DNA from: Aciduliprofundum boonei T469
GTDB lineage: Archaea; Thermoplasmatota; Thermoplasmata; Thermoplasmatales; Aciduliprofundaceae
Assembly: GCF_000025665.1 (NCBI RefSeq)
Contig: NC_013926.1
Location: 120,001 to 152,000 of the forward strand
DNA length: 32,000 bases
Reading direction: 5' to 3'
Part shown: in pieces, positions 7,831 to 15,800 of the stretch
Numbering within the stretch: the first letter of the stretch is position 1
Layout of the letters: the number at the start of each line of letters is the position of its first letter
Made by a program: the position numbers and the translations under genes
Notes under the pieces: generated by a model
The model's database searches: none
What the model was told of the DNA's origin: nothing
What the model saw: the letters and a program-made list of their open reading frames with translations, nothing else

Positions 7831-10323
7831 ATGTCTTCAGAACTCTTAAGTGTCATTCAAGATGCAAGGAGACGAGTACTTGAAGATATGAGTTTTGTTG
7901 AAAGGGTAAAAGCATTTTTCGCTCCAGAGATCTTGGGAGAAGAAGTTGCTCAAGAATTGAAAAACATGGGACTTGAGGAGTTCGTTAGGGAACAGTACAG
8001 AAGTGTTGAGAGAGAAGAGTACGAAAGAATAAGGGCAAAGGCAGAGTACGAGTTCTGGAGAGATTTTGAAATGGAGAAAATCAAAAACGATATTGCAAAG
8101 TATCTGAGCTCTGCGGTGCTTACAAACAAAAGATTGCTTGGATTCTTTCCCATCTATGATTTTGTTCCATCAATTGATGATATTTTTGACATGCTAGTGG
8201 AAGAGCATGGAGATGATGTGGAGAGAGCTTTGAGAGAGATGGAAAAAAATGTGAGTGGGGAAAATAAGAAGAAGGTTCAGGTTGCAAAGAAGAAAGTTCG
8301 CAGGAGGTCCAAGGGCAGAAGAAGGAAAATTATCTATGCTCTTTTGTCTGCTGGTTTAATGATAGGAGCAGCAGTCGGAATGTATTATTATGAAAAATAT
8401 GTGAAAGATTCTGATCATGATGGAATACCTGATTGGTTTGAAATACACAAATATCATACAAATCCAAACAAAGCAGATACTGATGGAGATGGTTTAACTG
8501 ATTATCAAGAAATATTTCAATATCATACAAATCCTTTAGTTAAAGATACAGATCACGACGGAATAAATGACGGATTAGAAGTACAATTACACATGAATCC
8601 TCTGAAACCAACATTGTTCAATGAAACTGGTATACAAGAAGTTTTTTCCGACCAAATGGTGAAGGACATAAAAGCAATTGGAACAATATGGATACCTTCT
8701 TTTGGATTTAAATCTGCTTATTGGGCAAACAGCACTGTAACTGTTAGTTATGGAAATGGATACAAATATACGCTTCCTATAAAAGATTCATTGACTGGAG
8801 CAAGATTAATTCCTACATTTATATGGAATGCAGGTCGTTACAAAAATTCATATTATGATCCAAGATTTTCTCCCTATTCAACTTTATTATACCTAAATGA
8901 TATGACACACAATTTAGGAAATAATATAACGAAATTAAATCATGATTCAAAAAAATTTTCTTCTGAATTACAAACTCTTGAAAATAGTTTGATAAACATA
9001 ACTAAGAATCCTAACGATAATCAATCATTTGAACGAGCAAATAAAATATTGATGAAATATAAACCACAGCAAAATGAAGATATGTGGTATGATGAGTATT
9101 GGTTTTTTGAACCAATCAATAATAAATTCAGAAACTATTTGAGAGAATTTAATAATAATTCTACAGATAGAATAAATGATTTAGAAAAAGCTTTGTTCAT
9201 TTTGAATGGAGATAAACAAATAGCAAGTACAATATCAAACACAACTCCGTATGTCAGTCTGATGTTAGATTTTATGAATGAATATAAGAAAATAGTAAAA
9301 AAAATGCCTCATTCTGAAGAAAATGTTAAGATTAATTGGTGGACTAATGAAGGAATGCATTTATGGTCAATTGAATCTGCAATGGGTATGGTTACTATGA
9401 ACATACTAGATTATCCGGAAACATTAATAGAAGCATTGTTTATGATGAATGGTCAAATATTTAATAATTCAAAACAAAATGCCAAGATATCTTCAGATTT
9501 AACACCTTTAAATCTACCAGCTCCAGTTGAAAAATATTGGACAAATTTCTATGATAATTTATCATCTTTAGAAAAATCAAATTTCAAAAACTGGTTGAGA
9601 AGTTATACAAATAACAGAAATTCAACAGGAATTTTAGACTATTTATTAATAAGAGATTGGGTGTACAAACTTTTACCAACTAAAAATGTATACAGTACAA
9701 GCAATCCAAAAATAGTTGATTACGGATTCAGGTTAACAACAACAGGAATATTTGATATTGATGACAAGGAAGACATAAATTTCATAAGAGGACTGTGGAA
9801 GAAAGTGCCAAACGAAGCTCCAAGTATAGATAAAGTTTGGAACTATACAAACGAAGCCGGTGTAGCATTGCCTAGAGTGGGAAATATAGTATTCGGTCCA
9901 TTCACAGTAGAAAAAGCTCAAAAGTTAGGTAAAAATGATTGTGCTACTGCAACGGCAGCTATGATTGAAATTTTGATGAAATATTATCCGAAATATTTAC
10001 CAGTTGCTGTAATAAAAACATTCCCAATTATAACTGAAAAATATAAGGCTATAGGTATTCACAACATGCCATTTTTCTATCACGATGGAAATTGGTATGA
10101 AATGGAGTTGTGGAATGGATATAATAAACCAACCACAGAAATAGAAGATCATCTAGCTTCTAATATTGATGGATGGGTAACAATACCGATAGCTTTTGGA
10201 AATGCTCCTGTTTCTGTACCTTTGAGAGATGATAGATTGCTAAATATAGTGAAAGAGTATGTGCCTGATAAAATTGTTAGTATGATGTATTATCTTAGGC
10301 AAAATAACATTCATGATGAGTGA
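7831..10323 (+). CDS. Bitopic membrane protein: cytosolic helical N-domain, TM, three thrombospondin-type-3-like Ca-binding repeats, Asn-rich ectodomain, putative transglutaminase-like C-terminal core
   Basis: Basic cluster KKKVRRRSKGRRRK followed by the TM helix IIYALLSAGLMIGAAVGMYYY (8329-8391). Repeats DSDHDGIPDWFE, DTDGDGLTDYQE and DTDHDGINDGLE, each followed by Y/H-x-TNP. Near the C-terminus, GKNDC704ATATAAMIEIL...IGIHNMPFFYHDGNWYEMELW resembles a Cys-His-Asp/Glu core. That last call is tentative. Confidence 0.7.
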   Translation: MSSELLSVIQDARRRVLEDMSFVERVKAFFAPEILGEEVAQELKNMGLEEFVREQYRSVEREEYERIRAKAEYEFWRDFEMEKIKNDIAKYLSSAVLTNKRLLGFFPIYDFVPSIDDIFDMLVEEHGDDVERALREMEKNVSGENKKKVQVAKKKVRRRSKGRRRKIIYALLSAGLMIGAAVGMYYYEKYVKDSDHDGIPDWFEIHKYHTNPNKADTDGDGLTDYQEIFQYHTNPLVKDTDHDGINDGLEVQLHMNPLKPTLFNETGIQEVFSDQMVKDIKAIGTIWIPSFGFKSAYWANSTVTVSYGNGYKYTLPIKDSLTGARLIPTFIWNAGRYKNSYYDPRFSPYSTLLYLNDMTHNLGNNITKLNHDSKKFSSELQTLENSLINITKNPNDNQSFERANKILMKYKPQQNEDMWYDEYWFFEPINNKFRNYLREFNNNSTDRINDLEKALFILNGDKQIASTISNTTPYVSLMLDFMNEYKKIVKKMPHSEENVKINWWTNEGMHLWSIESAMGMVTMNILDYPETLIEALFMMNGQIFNNSKQNAKISSDLTPLNLPAPVEKYWTNFYDNLSSLEKSNFKNWLRSYTNNRNSTGILDYLLIRDWVYKLLPTKNVYSTSNPKIVDYGFRLTTTGIFDIDDKEDINFIRGLWKKVPNEAPSIDKVWNYTNEAGVALPRVGNIVFGPFTVEKAQKLGKNDCATATAAMIEILMKYYPKYLPVAVIKTFPIITEKYKAIGIHNMPFFYHDGNWYEMELWNGYNKPTTEIEDHLASNIDGWVTIPIAFGNAPVSVPLRDDRLLNIVKEYVPDKIVSMMYYLRQNNIHDE

Positions 10324-10513
10324 ATTTATACCAATTAATTTTCATGAGCAGTTATATTAAATATTTTTAGTCTATCCCAACTCAAAGTTAGGGAAAACAC
10401 ATCTCATAGTAAGATAATATAGCCACCGAGATAATCAGGCAACACTAAAGATTTACAAATTTCATACATAACTCTTAAACATTTCACTTGATATGCATAA
10501 TAATAAATGATAA

Positions 10514-10550
10514 ATACTACCAATTAGTATAATACCAAATGGTAGTATTA
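10514..10550. promoter_or_regulatory. 10-bp perfect inverted repeat AATACTACCA-n17-TGGTAGTATT upstream of the ATPase gene; possible regulator site
   Basis: Read directly. It lies just upstream of a TATA-like TTTATAT (about 10558) and 38 nt before the ATG at 10588. Confidence 0.3.
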
Positions 10551-10587
10551 GAAAAGGTTTATATGTATTCAGAACATATCTACAATT

Positions 10588-11976
10588 ATGAGATTCTATG
10601 ACCGTCAGAACGAGCTACGAACCTTGGAAAGAATGTACAGGTTATCCAAGAATGCAAAGCACATGCTCGTTGTTTTGGGGCGTAGGAGAATAGGTAAAAC
10701 CAGGTTAATAAAAGAGTTCATCAGGGGTAAAAAATCGTTTTACTTCTTTGTTGAGAGAAGTAGCAGCGCAATGCTGTTGCAGAGAATATCCAATGAACTG
10801 GCCAGAATGATGCCAAAGAAGGTTGTGGGAACTCTTGATTGGGAATTGGCGTTTAAAATTCTTCTTGAAGATTTCGATGTGGTGGTTCTTGATGAGTTTC
10901 AGAACATACTCAGTGTGGATGAATCGGCTCTTTCAACCCTCCAGCATGTGTGGGATGAGTTTAATGGAAGCACTCTTCTCATTCTTGTAGGTTCGTATCA
11001 GACAATGATGAAAAAGATATTCGAAGATTACCGCACTCCTCTCTATGGACGCAGCTCTGGAAGATTGAGGGTTGAACCTCTCAGCTACAGGTATGTCAGG
11101 AGAATACTGCTGGACATGAAATTCAGAGGAGAAGAGAATATGATGAATATCTACTCTATTCTCGGAGGAGTTCCTCTGTACTATGAATTCATAGAGAGAT
11201 TCGGCATTTCGGGTACTTGGAAAGATATTGTAAAAGCAATGTTTATAGAAGAGCCCAGGCCCTTGATTGACGAGCCTCATGTCCTTCTAGTGGGAGAGTT
11301 TGGAAGGCAGCAGAGCACATATATGAGTATTTTGGAAGCCATTGCAAGGGGAAAGAGCACAATGACGGAGATTGCAAATGCAACAGGTATACCTGAAAAG
11401 AGCCTTGGAAAATATCTGAAGGAACTATCTCAGGATTACGAGATAATAGAGAGAAAGGTGCCCATGTTCTCGCCCCCCAATTCCAAAAGAGGAAGGTATT
11501 TTCTGAGAGATCCTTTTCTAACCTTTTGGTTCAGGTTCATATATCCTAACATGAGTATGATCGAGCTTGGACAGGGTGATGAGCTTATTAGAAGCATAGA
11601 GAACAATGTAAATGCCCACATGGGCAGAATATTCGAAAAAATAGTGGCGGAGATTATAGCCGAGCAGTTCAAACCTCTGAAGATGGGATCATGGTGGAAC
11701 AGACGTGGAGATGAAATAGACATCGTGGCAGAATTAGAGAATGAAGTGCTCTTTGTGGAATGCAAGTGGAGGAATAGAAAAATCACTTGGCGTGAGGTGG
11801 AAGACCTCATAAGGAAATCAGAGCTTGTTAAGATTGAAGCTTCAAAGAAAAGAAGGTACATGATTGTGTCCAAGTCAGGATTTACGGAAAATTGCAGAAA
11901 TAGAATAGATGAAAAGGGCATAATTTACTGGGATTTGAGCGATCTTGAGAGAGCAATGAAAGTGCCGAATGAATAA
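10588..11976 (+). CDS. 'Archaeal ATPase' family P-loop NTPase with a C-terminal DUF234 (restriction-endonuclease-like) domain
   Basis: Walker A GRRRIGKT and Walker B VVVLDEFQ. A central wHTH-like segment (STYMSILEAIARGKSTMTEIANATGIPEKSLGKYLKEL). C-terminal GDEIDIVAELENEVLFVECKWRNRK, typical of DUF234. Confidence 0.85.
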   Translation: MRFYDRQNELRTLERMYRLSKNAKHMLVVLGRRRIGKTRLIKEFIRGKKSFYFFVERSSSAMLLQRISNELARMMPKKVVGTLDWELAFKILLEDFDVVVLDEFQNILSVDESALSTLQHVWDEFNGSTLLILVGSYQTMMKKIFEDYRTPLYGRSSGRLRVEPLSYRYVRRILLDMKFRGEENMMNIYSILGGVPLYYEFIERFGISGTWKDIVKAMFIEEPRPLIDEPHVLLVGEFGRQQSTYMSILEAIARGKSTMTEIANATGIPEKSLGKYLKELSQDYEIIERKVPMFSPPNSKRGRYFLRDPFLTFWFRFIYPNMSMIELGQGDELIRSIENNVNAHMGRIFEKIVAEIIAEQFKPLKMGSWWNRRGDEIDIVAELENEVLFVECKWRNRKITWREVEDLIRKSELVKIEASKKRRYMIVSKSGFTENCRNRIDEKGIIYWDLSDLERAMKVPNE

Positions 11977-12516
11977 AATCGTTTAAAAACAACAAATCTC
12001 ATCTTAAAACGAGTAAATATGCGATAGCCCCTACGGTAGAAAATATTGTTGCTCCTCGTTTATACTAGACAGTGTTCGATTTTATTGAGCAAAAGCATAA
12101 ATGATTCCTCATAGAGATTATCTGTCATTTTTACACCTAAATTAGCAGTTGCTTTACTACAAAATTGGGAAGTATATATGTAAAATTTCCTATTCTCCTT
12201 TTTAGAGCGGAAATGAATACAAAATATGCATTCTACCTATCTGGAAAAAAGGAAAATCCCCATTCTCCAAGAGCAAGACAAAATCTCCTGCCAGCATTTT
12301 TTTACGAACACGCGGGTTGTAAAGATACATGGCACACAGTAGAATTTTAAATAACAACACACAAAAGTGTCCGATATATAATTACACGGCTGACAACTCC
12401 GAGAAGCCATACAAGAGTTAAAGAGATTTAACCTATATCGATCATATTGTCTATACCGTGAGAAAAATATAGTTATTAGTTAGCTAACTTATGGCAAGAC
12501 CAAGAAGAAAATTGGG

Positions 12517-12700
12517 ATGAACATATAACTTAGCCTTAGTGATGAAGTTAATGATTTAATTGAGAAATACAAAGGAAATTTATCCAGATCTCAATTTGTA
12601 GAAAAGGCTGTGATGTACTATGTCTCTTTTTTAGCAGAGAATCCAAAAGAAGAAAATGGCCAGCAAAAAGATTTTAATCAAAAAGTAAATACTCCACAGC
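12517..12700 (+). pseudogene. Possible disrupted ribbon-helix-helix (CopG/Arc-like) gene
   Basis: My translation gives ATG AAC ATA TAA (12517-12528), then in the same frame LSLSDEVNDLIEKYKGNLSRSQFVEKAVMYYVSFL. This is the beta-strand/helix/helix pattern of RHH proteins, interrupted by an in-frame TAA. The frame then runs on into the tRNA gene. Confidence 0.3.
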
Positions 12701-12785
12701 GCAGGGGTTACCGAGCCAGGTCAAAGGTGCGGGATTTAGGGTCCCGTCCCGTAGGGGTTCGAGGGTTCGAATCCCTCCCCCTGCA
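12701..12785 (+). tRNA. tRNA-Leu, anticodon UAG (class II, long variable arm); no encoded CCA
   Basis: Folded manually. Acceptor GCAGGGG/CCCCTGC with discriminator A. Anticodon stem CGGGA/TCCCG with loop TT-TAG-GG. A 14-nt variable arm. T arm GAGGG-TTCGAAT-CCCTC. A T-rich tract follows. Confidence 0.93.
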
Positions 12786-12858
12786 TCTCTGCTGGTTTTT
12801 GTGCTTTTCTTAACAGAGCGATTTTATTCTACACTTCAATGATATGTTGCTATCATTC

Positions 12859-15800
12859 TCAGATTCTTCTTTTTTTACCTGCGTTTCTTTTCTTCATTAC
12901 AACAGCAATTATAACAATTGTAATTATCAGTCCCAGAACGATAGACCACACATAGTAGGGATTGTTTAATATTCCCGAGTATTCATTGCTTTGTGTGTTT
13001 GTGCTTTGGTTATTATTGCCACTCTGAGCTATAGTAACTTGTACCTCATTGCTCGGCTGGGACTCTCCTATTGAATTTACTGCTGTTACATAGTATGTGT
13101 ATCTGACCCCGTTCTTTACATCACTGTCATTGTACCAGAGCTGATTCGCCTGCACTGTCGCTATTAAACTGCCATTTCTATACACTCTGTATCCTGTTAT
13201 AGCGCTTCCTCCATTATCACTCGGTACCTCCCAGCTCAGATTTACATACCTGTTTCCTGCCTTTGCTTGCAAACTCTCTGGCGCATTCGGTACCGTCATT
13301 GGCGTGACTTGTACCTCATTGCTCGGCTGGGACTCTCCTATTGAATTTACTGCTGTTACATAGTATGTGTATCTGACCCCGTTCTTTACATCACTGTCAT
13401 TGTACCAGAGCTGATTCGCCTGCACTGTCGCTATTAAACTGCCATTTCTATACACTCTGTATCCTGTTATAGCGCTTCCTCCATTATCACTCGGTACCTC
13501 CCAGCTCAGATTTACATACCTGTTTCCTGCCTTTGCTTGCAAACTCTCTGGCGCATTCGGTACCGTCATTGGCGTGACTTGTACCTCATTGCTCGGCTGG
13601 GACTCTCCTATTGAATTTACTGCTGTTACATAGTATGTGTATCTGACCCCGTTCTTTACATCACTGTCATTGTACCAGAGCTGATTCGCCTGCACTGTCG
13701 CTATTAAACTGCCATTTCTGTACACTCTGTATCCTGTTATAGCGCTTCCTCCATTATCACTCGGTACCTCCCAGCTCAGATTTACATACCTGTTTCCTGC
13801 CTTTGCTTGCAAACTCTCTGGCGCATTCGGTACCGTCATTGGCGTGACTTGTACCTCATTGCTCGGCTGGGACTCTCCTATTGAATTTACTGCTGTTACA
13901 TAGTATGTGTATCTGACCCCGTTCTTTACATCACTGTCATTGTACCAGAGCTGATTCGCCTGCACTGTCGCTATTAAACTGCCATTGCGGTATATTCTGT
14001 ATTCTATGATGTCAGAACTCCCATTACATACCGGTTGCTCCCAGCTTAAATTTATATAACCATCACCTGTTTTAGCGGTTAAATTAAAAGGTTGAGATGG
14101 TGTAGATTCTCCTATGGGGCATCTTAATGGGTAGTAATCCTTTGCACCTGCAGAGCCGTCTATCTTATAAGGCCAATCTACAATGCCATCTCCGTTCTGA
14201 TCATTCGTATTGTTGTTATTAGCCCAGTCGTACCAGTAATTTCCGATGCCTGATGTAGAATTCCAGTGATTGTTTGTGCCATCATCTCGTGCCTGGACGT
14301 AGGAAGATTTGAATGTGCTCCCTGAGCCATCATTATAATAGAAGTTGTTTTTGTATATGTGATTCCAATTGGAACCAGAATATATATGAATACCATAATA
14401 GCCGCTATTGTTAGTAAGTAGATTGTTAGATATCACATTGTTGCTGGAATAGGATAGCTCGATACCAGCCCAATTGTTGCTGAAGGTATTGTTGGAAATT
14501 ACATTATTGCTGGAATCACTCAGCAGGATGCTAATTTCATTGCCATTACAGATATTGTTGTGTATAATGTTACTATTGCTGGAATACTCCAAGAAGATAC
14601 CATACCTATTGTTGTCATTGCAAGTGTTGTTGTATATAATATTGTTGTTGCTGAAATCCCATAGCTCAATGCCATCATTATTGTTATTGCAGATATTATT
14701 GGATATCACATTGTTGCTGGAATACCACACAAAGATGCCTTCACCCTGATTGTGATTGCAAGTATTGTTTGAGATCACATTGTTGTTAGAGAGATCTAAG
14801 ATACCATTCCCATTGCCATTACAGATATTATTGGATATCACATTGTTGCTGGAATACCACAGTTCAATACCAGAAAACCACCATCCGATACCATATCCAT
14901 TGTTGTTGCAGGTATTACTGGATATAGTATTGTTACTAGAATACAACAGATTAATGCCATGCCGGTTGTTACTACAATTATTGTTTTTAATGGTAATGTG
15001 GGATGAGCCTCCTATTTCGATGGCAACTGTAGAGTTATGTATTTGTAGATTTTCAATTTTTAGCCAGGTAACGTTTCCAAGAATCACCTCTCCTGCATTG
15101 CTGGGTACAGATGCATTGTTCATATTTACATTTTTGAAATAATACACTGGTTTGCCATTCACTGTGTTGTTTGTAGGAATCTCTTGGGTAGTGAATGCGC
15201 CTATATCTCCCCATAAAGATATTCCATTGTTTACCAATTTATTTTCATATAACCTGTTGTTGCTAGATATTTGTAGGTAGATACCGTATCTCTCATTGCT
15301 GATGCAGGTGTTGCTTGAAATCATATTGTTGCTGGAATACTCCAAGAAGATACCACCCTCATTATACCATACCTTGATTCTAGCCTTATTGTTGCTGCAG
15401 TTATTGTTGTATATAATATTGTTGTTGCTGAAATCCCATAGCTCAATGCCATCATTATTGTTATTGCAGATATTACTGGATATCACATTGTTGCTGGAAT
15501 GCGATAGCTTGATACCAGCCCAATTGTTGCTGCAGGTATTATTGGATATAATATTGTTGCTAGAGGAATCCAAGAGAATACCATAACCTATTATATTTTT
15601 CAATATTGAATTTTTAATCACTATATTGCTAGAATATTCCAAATAGATCCCACCCTGTGTATTCTCTATATGAGTACCATTTATTACTGCATACACATCT
15701 GTTGAATTTATATAAATTCCAACGGCCGATTCGCCAAGAATGTACAAATTATTGATAACATAGGGATTGCTCTTGCTACCGTCACCTGGCCATCCATATT

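Noticed and set aside
12165-12350. 61-aa plus-strand ORF in the gene-free gap
   Set aside because: It has no motif or start context and is antisense to the equally uncertain Cys-rich 57-aa ORF. I have insufficient support to call either as a gene.
13037-14116. Regularly spaced identical repeats considered as a possible CRISPR array (also 25251-25502)
   Set aside because: The units are contiguous with no unique spacers. They are 270 bp and 84 bp long, multiples of 3, and lie in frame inside long ORFs, where they encode FN3 and stalk modules.
14474-15586. Plus-strand ORFs (91, 128 and 96 aa) with LLLL/ILLL-rich products
   Set aside because: They lie antisense to the Asn-rich beta-helix repeats. 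AAT/AAC codons read as ATT/GTT on the other strand, which gives stop-poor Leu/Ile-rich frames. They are a low-complexity artefact fully contained in a well-supported 1628-aa CDS.
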